NCBI RefSeq assembly: GCF_006345805.1
Contig: NC_043002.1
Span: 60,140,001 to 60,204,000, forward strand
Direction of reading: 5' to 3'
Source: Octopus sinensis
Taxonomy: Eukaryota
Length of the DNA: 64,000 nucleotides
The position numbers and the translations under genes are program-made. Of this stretch, positions 12,071-26,711 are shown in pieces (within the stretch, counting starts at the first letter, position 1; every line of letters starts with the position of its first letter). The notes under the pieces are model-generated. The model did not search any database and was not told where the DNA came from. It worked only from the letters and a program-made list of their open reading frames with translations.

Positions 12071-12232
12071 TTGTACAAGACGGGCTTCTTTCACTGTCGT
12101 TCTAACAAATCCATTCACAAGTCTATAGTAAAACAAGGTTATAGTAAAAGATACTTGCTCAAGGTGCCACGTAGTGGGATTGAACCCGGAACCATGTGGT
12201 TTGGAAGCAAGTCTCTTACCACACAGCCATAT
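11370..12232 (-). mobile_element. SINE family A copy split by a ~470-bp insertion in its internal (TA)n
   Basis: 3' half at ~11370-11560 and 5' tRNA-like half at ~12075-12232 are collinear on the minus strand; unrelated sequence ~11568-12038 lies between two (TA)n runs. Confidence 0.7.
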
Positions 12233-12574
12233 ACATAAGTAAAGTTTAATGCCGCTTGAAATTCCCAGTGCAGTTAATGTGCTTTCATCGCTTATATATA
12301 TTTTCTTAATTACCTAATTTTCTTGTCATATACAGATATATTCAATTAGGGATTAAAACTGGCCTCATCAGGCCCAAATTCTCTACCTTTGTTTTGTTCG
12401 AACTGACCAGATCCTGACTCTCACACCTGCTCTATAATATCATTCGTATTTAATACAATCGCATTATCGAAATCACAAAGCTACGAGATAATGCATGATT
12501 AATTCAAAATAATGTGAATAAATAATGATTGCATTTGACAGAGAAATCTGAACGCTAATGGGGTACACATACTT

Positions 12575-12805
12575 TATTATCTCTCCTTCATTCTAGCTCT
12601 TCTGTGTAACCCTCTGTCCGGCCTTCGCTAGCCACCAAACCATTTCTATTTTCACTCCCTGTTTATTTCTGTGTTCCTTTCTGTTGAAGAGCGTAGGCTC
12701 GAAACGTAAAAGGCTTTCGCACTCCCAGAACGTTAAACTAATACATCTGTTTGTTGTTTACACACCCTTCTTCGTCTTTTGTTTGTTCGTAAATTTTCAC
12801 AACAT
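12575..12805 (+). mobile_element. Solo PLE-type pLTR with hammerhead-like motif (12677-12712)
   Basis: CTTT-CTGTTGA-A-GAGC-gtag-GCTC-GAAAC-GTA-AAAG: all stems pair, core has A6U; ends at a (TA)/(TG) tract. Confidence 0.6.
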
Positions 12806-14159
12806 ATATATGTGTGTGTGTGTGTGCGCGCGCCAGTGAGTGACTTTGTGGCTGTGCTGCTTTCCTACCACTGCGTGACCACCGGTGTGGGTGTCTTTGG
12901 AAAAGTGATCAATAGCCTAAGCACCAGGCTTTTAAAACATCACAAGAATTAGCGCCGATTATATCGACTAAATACAAATTTTGACAGGCGGTGCTCCAGC
13001 ATGTCGGCAATCTAATGACTGAATCTAGTAAGTGTTAAAAGACACTTGTAGATTTATTTATTTTGTATATGTAATGAATTCGCTACGGCGTTGCTGAAAG
13101 ACATCGTGTTTCTAAGCAATTATGAATGGTGAGTCAGTATTATGAGACGAATCTAATCTGAATCATAGAAGCGTTGGCAACACTGTTATTCATATTTATA
13201 ACACGTTCAAAAGACGTGGATTTCACTCGAGAATAAAATCGATTGAATTAACTCAGTTCTTCAGTAATACTTATTTCATACACCTGACAATGATGAAAGG
13301 GAAAAATCAATTTCCGACTGCTTTCAACGTAAAGGGTAGAAATACATAATTAGGTACCTGAAACCTTTTCGTCATCCCTGCATGATGAAGGACAACATCG
13401 AGTCAGGCGTGAATTCAATTTCAATGTAAAGGAATATAATTAGATATATCGTGCTATTTTGTCTAGCTCTTGCTTCATCTTGCCACATACTATGTCTTGT
13501 AAGCCTCTATTATTAAACAGTTTCCATTGATCCACATACGTGAGACTAAGGTGTGATTCATGTGTTGAGATCTAGAGCTTCTATATTATAATATTTAAAT
13601 ATTTCGTATTTTAATTTCATTTGCAGGATCGTTCGTGTGAAGTCGTGTGTGAAAATATGTTCACTCTTTGTATATTGGGAGGATCATAATGTCAGTAATA
13701 AGCACACGCGCAGTTTCCAGTTCACGCCTCTGTTATTAATCAACAGGCAAGGATTTGCTTCCACACCACATGGTTCCGGGTTCAGATACATTGCGTGGCA
13801 GAATCGGCGATGTTAAAAATACATATATATTATATAGGAAAATATATAAATATATATATATATGTAGGAAACATATAAATAAATGATATATAAGGTAAGA
13901 TTAAAGTTCATCGTTTACAAATTTTTTGATTAAAAATTACTTTTCAAGATAAGGGAAAACCTATTGTGAAAAGCCAGTGTCCAAGCAAAAAAAGAAGAAA
14001 CCATTTTCTTATATACTTGTATTGATAAATCGTGTTTCATATTCTGTGGTTTTATGCATGTATATTCTATGTGAAAGAAAAAGCGTCATGTAATTAAATG
14101 TTCGAGATATGAAATGTTATGTGGACGGCCTTATATTTGTTTGATCTGCAAACATAGTT

Positions 14160-14440
<281 letters not shown>

Positions 14441-15119
14441 GGATGGGGCTGTGTTTCTGTGCCCTACTTTCTTCTCCCCCACCGCTTGACAACTGGTGTT
14501 GATATGATTACATCTCAGTACCTTAGACAAATTGAATACTTTTAGAGAATTGGAATGATTCGGTTAAAAGTTCCCCTCCGATGGTTCCGCAGCTTAGCTG
14601 TAGACTAATGTCGAAAAAAGGTTTTTAAAAATGGTTAACTGCGTAAATACTTGACGAATTTGTCTGGTTGATTAAATGATCAGTTCATGAAGGAGTCAGG
14701 TGTGTGAACATTTTTTTCGTCAAGGCACATTGCCTCTTCAATGAAGTGCCCTTTCTATTTCAGGTGTACTTCAGGACTGTAATCAAATAGTCAAGGTTAA
14801 TCAATTGACAAATAAACAGTAAAGAAGGGAAATGTAACGAGTGCGCGTGATTATTGTTGGCATAAAGACCTTCCCGAAGCACCGGAAGATATTTACATAA
14901 CAATGTCATATGTAGAGGCTTCGAAATGTGTAAATTAATTTACTTTGAGCGGGAGGTCTTGGAATTATGTAGGGTAGAGTAAAATGAAGCGCAAAAACAT
15001 ATGCGAGAAGGTTTTGTTTTTGAAAATAATTGTTCATATATGAATTATTTGTTAATATATGTTTGCACATATATGTATCTTTGTATTTCTTTCTATCTTT
15101 CTCTCTCTCCATTCCTCTC

Positions 15120-15166
<47 letters not shown>

Positions 15167-16297
15167 AGACTTATACATAGATATTTATAATTCATGCATT
15201 TGTTTTATTTACAGCAAACTTAGTCAATCAGTAGAACTTAATGAAAATGATATACGCCAGAAAGTAATAACAGAAAAAAGAAGTTTGGTAGATTAAATTT
15301 TATGACGTCAGGATAGTTTTAGATTTAGCGGTTGAAGGACGACGAGCTAAGAGAAATAACTCAGAGTGGTCAGTCTCATGTATTTGAACACAATAGAGAA
15401 ATACAGGTGTATTAAACGCCAAAATATAAATTCTTGTTTTATTTAAATTATATACACCTCTCGAGGAGGCATCATAATTTTCGAAAAACAACTGAGAGCA
15501 ACTTCACTCGTGAAGGGGAAATAATCACAAGAATTTGAAATTTGGCATGCCCTAAAAGAAAGGGACATATTTATTATCTGGAGATAAGAAAATATCTGTA
15601 GACGCGTTCTGTCATCAGCACAACAGTTGTTTGACATTAAATGTAGTAGCCAAGGGGCACAGGTATATGCAGAAAATAGTAGAATGCACATAGGTAATTT
15701 GCATAATTTGATAAAGTCTCACAGAACTATATTGTGTAACGATTCAGAGAGCAATGACTGTTTAATTTTGTGTGATCAAGATATATAATATTTCAGAATT
15801 TAAAAGAAATAACATTCGTTAATTTTTGCTTCTTCAACTTTTAAGTTAAATCCCAGGAGTGACTGACGAGTCTACCAAGATTTACATATATGGAATATTT
15901 GAATGAAATATGGCCGCCCAATAAATCGGTTCAGCTTTTTGCACAAGGGCGCCATTTTAGGAAGGAGTACCTGACTGATACATATTTTAGTGACAGTGAA
16001 AGGCTAAAATACACAGACATTCATGACAGAAATTGAAATCAGCTGTGATCGGAAGTAATAACATAAAGCTATTTTCTTCTGATGCTTAAAGTATTCCTCC
16101 AGCTCGTCGCCTTATAATGCACATCATCATAATGGTAATGGAACAACGTCTTATAGATTAAAATGCTGTTATTAAAAGGTCATAAATACAAGGTCATAAA
16201 TGCAAATCTATCGAACTATTTGTATAGATATATTCCGTCCATTTACGTCCTAAGATGCAATCACACCTGAGCTTGACTTACCTTTAAGCAATCTGTT

Positions 16298-16632
16298 CAG
16301 GAGTGGCTGCCTGGTAAGTAGCTTGCTTACCAATCACATGGTTCCGTGTTGCACCTTGGATAATTGTCTTCTACTATAGCCTCGGGCCGACCAAAGCCTT
16401 GTGATTGGATTTGGTAGACGGAAACTGAAAGAAGCCCATTGTATATATGTATATATATGTATGTTTGTGTGTGTGTTTGTCCCCCCAACACCGTTTGACA
16501 ACAAATGCTGGTGTGTTTACGTCCCCGTAACTTAGCGGTTTCGCTTAAGAGACCGATAAAATAAGTACTGGGCTTACAAAGAATAAGTCCTGGGGTCGAG
16601 TTGAACTCCAGCATGGCTGCAGTAAAATGACT
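16298..16632 (+). mobile_element. SINE family A (tRNA-derived, internal microsatellite)
   Basis: Matches the copies at 37886, 39476, 49610 and 55888, with internal deletions. Confidence 0.8.
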
Positions 16633-17191
16633 TACATAATCCTTAACACGTCGTACAAAAGGATTATCGGCATTTCGTTCAAATTCTGGTGTGGTCATCA
16701 GTGTTCCATCCTCTTCAGAGCGATGCAATGAATACCAGCTGGGCTCTGCAGTCGACGTATACAATTATCAATCATTCCACCAAAATTTATGCTTTTACTC
16801 TCTACCCTTAGAAAGAGATGTTTTTATTGATGTTGTTGTAGTTGTTGCTTTTATTATTGTTATCGTTATTTTGGTTGTTGTTCTTATTATTCCATATGTA
16901 TATAATCGGTTAATATCGATGGAAGACTAGTTGTTGCAAAATAGCGGATGCTACACATGTAATCTAAATATATCTTACAAGGATTAGCAGAAACATGATG
17001 GAATTAAGTTGGAAACTGTTTAGTCAAATATCTGACGATAACGATGTATGTATGTAAAATATATGTAAATGAATGCGCAAAATAAGCGAGAAATGCTAGA
17101 TTCACATAAGTGAGAATATATATTTAAATAAACGTTCAAAAACAATGCGTGCATTTGTGGCTGTTCATCTGTCCGTGTTTGTATGCATGTA

Positions 17192-17228
<37 letters not shown>

Positions 17229-17282
17229 ATTGATGTATGTATGTACGCATAGTATTTATAAACATATGTACATCCATACTAA

Positions 17283-17319
<37 letters not shown>

Positions 17320-17522
17320 TGACATTAATATATATGTAGTTAGACATACGTATACATGTACACACGCGTTATCATAAATTTTACGCACACATATATTCGC
17401 TTATTGGATTTAGTGGGGCACCTCACAGCAATTGAATTAAAAATAGCAAAAGTATTATTTTGAAAGCGTCGAGAACCTTTTAACAAAACGCTCACTATCA
17501 TATGTTGTACATACACATTACC

Positions 17523-17523
17523 G

Positions 17524-17604
<81 letters not shown>

Positions 17605-17669
17605 CCCACCTACCTACCTACCTACCTACCTACCTACCTACCTACCTACCTACATACATACATACATAC

Positions 17670-17707
<38 letters not shown>

Positions 17708-17735
17708 GCATACATACCTACCTATCTATCTATAC
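17523..17735. repeat. Compound tetranucleotide microsatellite (TCTA)n-(CCTA)n-(CATA)n-(TCTA)n
   Basis: Directly visible. Confidence 0.95.
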
Positions 17736-18579
17736 ATTTGTTCACGTGGACAGATACACTCACAAATATAAATTTGTATAAAAATTCGATGTTTTCGTAA
17801 ATGAAACGATATTATACTAAAATGACTATTTAGGTATCGTTATTAACACATACTCGGTGTGGAGAGGCATGGCGGTTTGAGTTTCGTGAAAGAGTAAATA
17901 TGAAATCTTAATAGACATGCTCTGTTATGGATGCAGTATATATCACAGAGAGAGGACAAATCGTCACAACAGTGTTTCAGGAGAGGGAATATTACTTCCA
18001 ACATCCTTGAACCTTGCCTACTACTGTTGTGGAAGGATCCTGACAACCCCCCGCGTGACCAAATGTGGTCTGACACATTTCAATAAAGTAAAGATTCTGT
18101 GTGAACTGTCGGCAGGTGACAGGGAGCAGTTGACAGCATTGATCGTCCGTATTGGTTACTGCGTTAGTTTAATATCGTAATTACGCTTGATGTAGTAGGG
18201 ATTACGTTCCGCGTGAACGTATTAATCCTGCAAAAAGTTACGATAGATAAAAATATCCAACTATTTATTTGGGTACTACTATTCCTACACCCTTGTGCAG
18301 AACACAACGTCGTCATAACATTGTTGGCGACGACATAACAAATACGTATGATCGCAATCACTTATCCTAAATGAAAGCTGCCACTTCCAGTATGTAAGAA
18401 ACGTTGAGTAATACATTCACTGATACTGCGAGACGCTGCCGGGCTGAAATAAAATCTCGGTGTACTCTACTGATAAAATAAGCGTCCATGTACAATATTA
18501 AGCGTACATACACCGTTGAGAGTTATGTTCCATTGCATCGGTAAATATGCTTTTATCATTGTTGTCGTTATCCTAGGAG

Positions 18580-18960
18580 TAGAGATAGCTGTATTATAAA
18601 GGGTTTGCTTCTCAACTGCAAGGTATCACATGTCGAAGAAAGCCCTGTCAGTGGATTTGGTAGACGAAAACTCAAAGATGCCCGTCCTATACATAAATAC
18701 GTACGCACACACGCACATAAACACATAGATTTACCAGGCTAAAGATGTGTGTGTGTGTGCTTGTGTTTGTGTCTGTTTGTGCCTCCCTACCGCTTCAAAA
18801 CCGGCGGTGGTGTATTTACGTCCCTGTTACTTAGTGATTTTGTGAAAGAAGTGAACGACTGAATAAGTACGAGGCTGAAAATGTAAACAAAAATGTAGTG
18901 GTGCCGATTCATTCGGCGAAAAAATCCGGGACCGTAACATGGGGGCAGCGACATTTAAAA
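18580..18960 (+). mobile_element. Degenerate SINE family A
   Basis: gtggatttggtagacgaaaact..., gtttgtgtc..., gtgtatttacgtccc, gaataagtac blocks in the family order. Confidence 0.65.
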
Positions 18961-19099
18961 ACATAAGTTAGTTTGTTCTAAATAGTGAAATATACAGAGT
19001 CCACCCCAAAAATGTCTACACACTTCAGGAAAAGAAAAATCTGTATAAATATTATAATTCGGTGTTTTGGCAATTTATTGTATATTTATAGAGGTCATT

Positions 19100-19410
19100 A
19101 TTTTGTTGTTTGTTCCTTCTCGAGCCATGCTTGACGCATAAGGGATGGTTTCCCGGTTTTATTGGAGTATAAGTTCCCCCAACTGGATGAGACGCCAGTC
19201 TGTCACAATTGAGCTGCTAGATGCTGGAGAAAAGAGTGAGAGAAAGTTGTGGCGAAAGAGCCAGCAGAATTTCGCCATTTACCTTCTGCCGGAGCCGCGT
19301 GGAACATAGGTGTGTCGCTCACAATCACACTCATCACCCGGTCTGAGATTCGAACCCACGATCCATCGACCAAACGTCTGCTGCTCTAGGATATGTGCCT
19401 CCATCGCGGT
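19100..19410 (-). mobile_element. SINE family C (tRNA head, V-domain-like core, short ACA-rich tail)
   Basis: Minus strand has B box GGGTTCGAATCTC, gactggcgtctcatccag (recalled as V-SINE-like) and a ggctcgagaaggaacaaacaacaa tail. Confidence 0.6.
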
Positions 19411-19564
19411 ACTTGTACATATTAAATATTTATTCTGATTTTTCCTTTCCTGAAGTGTGCATTCATTTTTTTCGGACTCTATGTTTGCGAGTGTATGTCT
19501 GTGCTGGTAGTGGGGCATGTGTGTTCGTGTTTGTATCTTAGTGATTATAGTAGTGCGTATTTAA

Positions 19565-19621
<57 letters not shown>

Positions 19622-20973
19622 CGTGTGTGTGCACATATCTACTCAACACACACACACACTTGTAAACATATATTTGTATATCAAAGTGTGTTTATATATG
19701 TGATTTTCCTTCGCACTACTACAAATATCATATCTTTACACATTGTAACAACTATTTTCTCATCGCGTTGTAATGTACTAATGTATTGTTTAGTATTAAA
19801 AAAAAGGTAAAAGCAGCACATTTCCGAGGTCCGTGGACATTTCAACACCTTCCTGGTTTTTATTGTGACAATATAACATTTTAATGCCGCTTCATCGTGA
19901 ATGTAGTGAATTTTATATCTACTCACAGAATTAGAGTATCGCTGGGGCTGCTATATTTGTGTTAGGTATACCTTTTCTGCTAAAAGGAGTTCAGTAATCA
20001 ATATTCTTGGTTTCGTGTAGGATAACATAATATTGAGGAACGGACTACCGTTGTTCATGATATTATTTTGATCCCCACGCAAGATCAGTGTCATAACTGC
20101 AACAACGGAATTCGCTTTGTGCGTGCAGACCCAGGTCCAACCAGAATGTTCAAAGCCCTTTTATTCCCGCTTCCACCAAGTTTTGGCAGGGGTAAGCCTG
20201 AAGCTCGTTCTCGCCTTGCAAACGATTTTCTTGAGCCGATGGTCAGCATCGATCGAACAAACACGAGAATGTATAATCAGGTCGAGGACATCCACCGTCT
20301 TCTTCATATGTATTATATGTATTATATGTCTCTTTTTTAACTTGCTTTATTCTTCCTTTCAATGAACAATAACGTATATGTGCTTAAATAAGTGTGTGTA
20401 TGTGTATACAATTATGTGTTTAGGTTTATCGATGTTTTTGGATGTGTACGCTCCTGTGTATATATATGATCGTTTGCTTATATGTATAAGTATGTGATCG
20501 TAAACTTATATTTTAGCATATGTTTCTACATCATTGCCGCGAGAATATGTACGAATGCATGTATAGATATATATGCATATGTGTGTGAAATTATTTCTGA
20601 CTATGTATGTATTTGACTATATATCTACGTGTGTTTGTATGTATGTATATCTATATATTTATGTATATATATATGTGTATGTGTGTGTGTGTGTTTGCGT
20701 TTATATATATATATATGTATATTAATCTGTGTGTATCTATATGTGTGTACGAGTGTGTGCATATGAATATAAAAACGTTACATTTTATAGGACTTTCTAT
20801 TTCAGTTAACATATCTGTTATTTATATCCTTCCTATTGAGACTAGTGTATTGCTGACCATGATTTATCATCTCTGACATTTTTTGAGTGCATCCGTCGAA
20901 ACATATGTAGGAAACTTCCAGATATAAATGGTTTACTAACATCGCGAGCGTTCGTCTACTTATTCAATTTTCC

Positions 20974-21011
<38 letters not shown>

Positions 21012-21027
21012 TGCATATATACATACG

Positions 21028-21058
<31 letters not shown>

Positions 21059-21084
21059 GCATGTATTGTACATTATATGTATAC

Positions 21085-21190
21085 CCTATAGGTAATGGTG
21101 TCAAGATTGCACAAAGGTGTCAGGTAATGCTGAGTAGTGCTATGGACAGACCAGTTAAGCTCCAGGTTCGGTGATTGTGCGAATAAGGAG
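21085..21190. repeat. Dispersed ~100-bp repeat, second copy at ~28105-28205
   Basis: ggtaatggtgtca...aaaggtgtcaggtaatgctga...gacagacca...caggttcggtgatt.tgcgaata occurs at both sites, each next to TA-rich microsatellite. Confidence 0.75.
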
Positions 21191-21235
21191 TTTATATTAT
21201 GCACCACCACACACATACACATATATACATATATA

Positions 21236-21267
<32 letters not shown>

Positions 21268-21955
21268 CTATATATATATATCTTATATATATATATATCT
21301 ATATATAATATATATATGTATAAGTATATATTATATATACCACACAAACTTATATGCACCTAGAAATATACATACGTATATATATAGTGAGAAAGAGAGA
21401 GAAAGAGAGGAAGAGAGAGAGAGGTGGTGGAACTACTTTCCTTTCTCAATTTGGTTTGCGAGAATGTTTATAATATTGCTTCTGTCGAAACACAGCTTCT
21501 TGTTTTGCAAATCGGGAGGGGATTATGACAACAGTAATCTCAAGCATCGTTCTTTTTCACATTTTTGCTATTATTAGTAAAGTAGTTAATATATGCATTA
21601 TATTTATAAAGAAATTGTTATTTATATGAGAGAATTTCGCATGCAGATCAAGCGGCAAACATAACCTTAGTAACTGGGTAAGATTCTTAGGTGTATAATT
21701 CCATGCAGACTAGAACGATGCAGACTAAACGCTCCGTATGCATGCATACATACTACATACGTACATACATAGATACATAATAATATGTATTATATATATA
21801 TATATATAGATAAATATATATATATAGTAAGTATATAATATAATATATATACACATATATAAATACATACATATATATGTATATGTATATCTATCTCTCT
21901 ATCTCTCCCCCCCTCTCTCTCTCCCGGTATATATATATATATATATATATAATAA

Positions 21956-21997
<42 letters not shown>

Positions 21998-22997
21998 AGA
22001 TATATATATATAACGAAAATAACAAAATGGAGTGATTATATGTTCACTGAAACCGTTATAAATTCATAACTTTTACAATTTACATGTATTTGCCTATGAA
22101 TTTGTAAATTTCTTTGGCCACACGTTGTTTATATTCAGATATTGCAGGCTGGTTTATTGTTTTTGATGAGAATTTTATTAATGCAATTTAATACATTATT
22201 CATATGTGTTTATGATTGGCTACAAATACATATTATGTCATGTTTAAGAGCCTTTTGAAAACAAAGAAAAAAAATGACCGCTTTCCGAGTCATTTAGATT
22301 TGCTTTCATATGTTACATATTTTGTATGACATTTTTGTAACTGGTTGTTTGGATGGTTATACATATTGTGTAATATTTGCTTCTCTATTGCACAGTTTTA
22401 GAGCTACTAAATTATTTCTATATCCGCTATTGACAGGCGTTTATAAAATCGCTAAAGAGAAAGGCTTTTATATTATTCGCCGCAGAGGAAGAGAAACAAA
22501 ATTAAATGAATATCATGAAACGCACCCTTATAATGCCGGATATAAGAATAATTTAGGAATAAATAGAATCATCAATGAACTTCGGAAATATGTTTGTTCT
22601 GAACATGGCATTAGAGGCGGATAAAGGAATGTGAAATGCCAATGAAATGTGCAAAAACTGCTTTTAATAATACATGCTTCAAATATAAACTGTTTAACAT
22701 GTGAGTATAGATATATGTGTGTGTGTGTGTGGTGTATGTGTGTGTCTTAAAATGTTCTAGGGCGTGTATGGAATAGCATATTGGTAAAAATAATAAGGTT
22801 AGTCAGAAAAAAATGAAAGAATCGTTGTGTAGTTTATTCATATAGTGCTGGATGTTAGCGAATTTTACAAGCAAATAAAAATGCAACGGAACGACATAAA
22901 ATTAAATAGATTAGAATATTTACGTTATCGCACTGAGGAAATTTCTCGAAGAAAAATTTTTACACATCATTATTATTATTCTTATTATTGTTATTAT

Positions 22998-23074
<77 letters not shown>

Positions 23075-23188
23075 TTAATATTATATATCATTTAATATAA
23101 TTTCCTTTCCTTCGAAAGTTTGTGTAATTTCTGAACCTTTATATAAATAGCTTAAAAAATATGTCTTCCTTTGGTCTGACAAACAGTA

Positions 23189-23227
<39 letters not shown>

Positions 23228-23377
23228 TTATATTCCGACAAAATTTAGTGCGGTGTTGTTCGAAATGAATGCCTTGTTTAGCATGTAATATTTATTCGAG
23301 CTTGAATTTTGTGCTATTCCTTTAATGGAATTCACTATACAATGATGCATATCGTCATGAATTTCGGGCGAAGGTAT

Positions 23378-23591
23378 CCTTTTCTACTCAAGGCACAAGG
23401 CCCGAAATTTTGAGGGAGCGGGCCAGTCGATTAGATCGACTCCATTTCACAATCGGTACTTAATTTATTGACCCCGAAAGGATGCAATGTAAAGATGACT
23501 CGGCGGTATTTGAACTCACAACGTAATGTCAGACGAAATAACGCAAAGTATTTCGCCTGGGGTTCTAACGTTTCTGCCAGCAAGCCGCCTT
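23378..23591 (-). mobile_element. SINE family B (tRNA-derived)
   Basis: Reverse complement aggcggc..ctggcagaaacgttag..gagttcaaat..catcctttcggggtc.ataaattaagtacc..aaaatttc.ggccttgtgcct is shared with other copies. Confidence 0.8.
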
Positions 23592-24661
23592 AGTATGAAG
23601 GTACAACAACATTCGAACTTAACTTGTTTCGTGTTTTAAATTACCACCAATGGAAGATAGGCATGCCTAAGCTGAACGATTCTAAGAATTTGTCGACCAT
23701 ACTACTATTTTCTTCTAATTTGGGGACGGGGCTAATCAATTTTAGGAGAGAGGATAAGGTCAATCTTGTCAATTCTCGTATTTGGATATTACTAAATTTT
23801 ATTCTCCCTGAATGGATGAAAGGCAATTTAAACTGAAAACGTAATATGCGGGAAGAAACGCTACTGAGAATTTTGGCTAACACAGTAACTTTTCTGCCTG
23901 CTTATCGACTTCGGCAATCTTAAATGAATTTTCTAATCTATTCCCATTATCGTAAATTTGGGCTAGGATGTCATTGTTCTTTATTTTAAGGGCTGACCGC
24001 TATTATACCTATATTTTTCACTTCGCAATTAAGAAAAATACAAATTTCTATGTAGGTGTTTGAATCGGAATTCAAGTGAATGTACGTAAATATTTGCAAG
24101 GTATTTTGGCAGGCGCCACGTGCATTTTGCCACAGAACAACCCTGTTACTTTATCGAAGGAGTTATTCCTGCAGTCATAATTTTGTTTAATATATATTGA
24201 ATGATTCCCCGAAAGGCGTGTCGCGAGAGCAGATAGGTGAGCCATGAAAATTATATAACTGTGCGGTAAACACTACTAAAAATACAGCTGGAAATACTTG
24301 ATATATTAATAAAGCAGATTATATAATTTTCTGTTCGTTTTTAAATATTCATCCTTTTCGGCAACTTTATATGAATAGCTTTTCAACATATGCGATTTGG
24401 CATTATGTTCAAAGTGCAATAAACTATTTCTCTTTGCTTTAAAATGGAAGAAAGAAAAACGCGAGTAACAATTGGCTTAAGAACCATTGTTGTATTCTAT
24501 TGAAATAAGTTTTAATAGGAAACTTGTTAGAGCTTCCATAGTTAGCAAATTGTGAGTCAGTAATGAAAGTACAAGTATGTGTTGTATGTATTTAGAGAGA
24601 AGCGGTGAGAGGAGGGGAAATGCGCTACAAATAATGAGCTAAATGAGTTAACAAAGAGAAT

Positions 24662-25211
24662 CAGCTGTTCATGTTTTTTTTGCTGAGTCTGTCTTCTGAA
24701 ATGTGTAAAACTCATGAAATGTACACGTACCCCCACCACAGGGAAACGTGATTAGTTGATACATTTAATAACCTTTTTCTTTCGGCGGAATAAAGTTTGA
24801 AAGTGACCGAATTCGTTAGTGGAAAAAAGTACTATTATAGCACGGTTTCTATATAATCAGCCATAGACTGTGTTCATAACCCTAATAAAGCGGAAGCAAC
24901 AGTTTTCACAAAATAAGGCTTATCTAAAAGCATCGACAGCTGTTCATGTTTTTTTTGCTGAGTCTGTCTTCTGAAATGTGTAAAACTCATGAAATGTACA
25001 CGTACCCCCACCACAGGGAAACTGGTTAGGTTGATACATTTAATAACCTTTTTCGGTCGGAAATAAAGTTTGAAAGTGACCGAATTCGTTAGTGGAAAAA
25101 AGTACTATTATAGCACGGTTTCTTATATAATCAGCCATAGACTGTGTTCATAACCCTAATAAAGCGGAAGCAACAGTTTTCACAAAATAAGGGCTTATCT
25201 AAAAGCATCGA
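24662..25211. repeat. Two-copy tandem duplication, 275-bp unit
   Basis: 24662-24936 and 24937-25211 are near-identical, differing by a few small indels and substitutions. Confidence 0.9.
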
Positions 25212-26354
25212 TCCGTATATGGATATGTAAAATATATTTGTTTGCACATTTAATATTATTCATAGCATATTTTGCAAATTATTCGCTAAATCAGTGAATA
25301 TTTCATTCTTGAATTCTTTCCTTTATGTTTATTTGCTATATCTGTATGAGGAAACAAATTGCAGTTCGATGTTTAATCAACCCCGGCGAAAGAAAAGGCA
25401 ATCTTGAAATTCAAACAAAGAAATTTGAAATAAAATCTTATCAGGATATAATTCATTGGTATAAAGCTTTTTGTCCAACACTCTCCTCTCTATGCCTCTA
25501 TATCGGTTTTAATCATGTTTATATTAACAAGAATATTATGAAAACGATAAACAATAATTCTTAATTTGTGCGTTTAATAAAAACAGTTTTACAATTAAAA
25601 TGAAAGACAGAAACATAGAACTCAATAATTATTCTTACAAATACTCGTATATTTTCTGAAGAACACCGAGCATGAGAATTGTAAAGTATCATTACAATAA
25701 ATCATGGTATTTAATTAACTTATACTAATTACTTCATAGACTCTATAAAAACGATGTTACAAATAATGTTTATAAAACTAGTGATAAATTATTTCCGAGA
25801 AACAAATATCACTTTGCTGTTTTATATACTTAAGCGGCAACAATCAAATGATTGATGTTTTCACTTGAAACAGCTAATAACTTGCAAGATATCTTCTTTT
25901 AATTTCACTTATAAACGAAACTTTGAAGAAAGATTCTAATACCTTGTAACAAAGATATTAGGCAATTTACTCATAAATTTGATTAAATTCAGCGAAAATA
26001 CTAGCGAATTAAGATGGCTAGTTTTAATTCAGGAGAAAAAAAAACGACTTAAAACAAATAACTTTTCTCTCCATCTATCAGTGACAACATTCATAACTTG
26101 CCATTTTATGTAGTGTTTATATTACACATAATTATTTCTTTGGGCTCAAAGAAACATTCTTCAACATCGATAAACGACGATTTTGAAATTAATACAGCTG
26201 AATCGAAATATATACCTAAAATTCTTATTTAAGCTATCATAGACTCTACTATACACTCACATCTCAATCGAGAAATCAGCTGACCTTCCCATTCGAACCA
26301 CAATCAATTACTAGATTTTGTTTCAAACTATATTTTATATTTAGAGATTTCTAG

Positions 26355-26711
26355 AAGGCAGACAGGTGGCAGAATTGTTAGCACTCCGTATAAAAGGGTT
26401 AACGGCACTTCGTCCGAAATGTCTGCGCTCCAACTCCACCGAGGTCTACTTTGCATTTCATCTCCTCGAGGTCGATAAAATAAGCACCAATGGAATGTGG
26501 GGTACTGCGGCGTGCTGGCAGATCGTTAGCGCACCAGGCGAAATGCTTAGCGGTATTTCGCCCGTCGCTACGTTCTGAGTTCAACTTCCGCCGAGATCGT
26601 CTTTGCCTTTCAATCATTTTGGGGTCAAGTAAATAAGTATCGGTTACGTACCGGGGTCGATCTAATCGACTGGCCCCCTCCTCTGAAATTTCACTCCTTG
26701 TACCTATAGAA
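26355..26711 (+). mobile_element. SINE family B, truncated copy followed by a fuller copy
   Basis: Two heads (26355 and ~26503) with the same core ..tttcatc..ggggtc..aaataagta. Confidence 0.75.

Noticed and set aside
12360-12385. CTGATGAGGCC on the minus strand
   Set aside because: No complementary GGCC-GAAA downstream.
15541-15660. HAL...ISVDAFCHQHN resembling a Polinton/Maverick polymerase-associated motif
   Set aside because: A few residues across frameshifts; too weak without an HMM search.
17910-17990. HALLWMQYISQRED resembling a Polinton-type W.QYIS motif
   Set aside because: Short, stop-flanked and unsupported by other motifs.
20850-20915. GAAAC-ATAT-GTA palindromic stem III-like half hammerhead
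   Set aside because: No convincing core or stem I pairing upstream.
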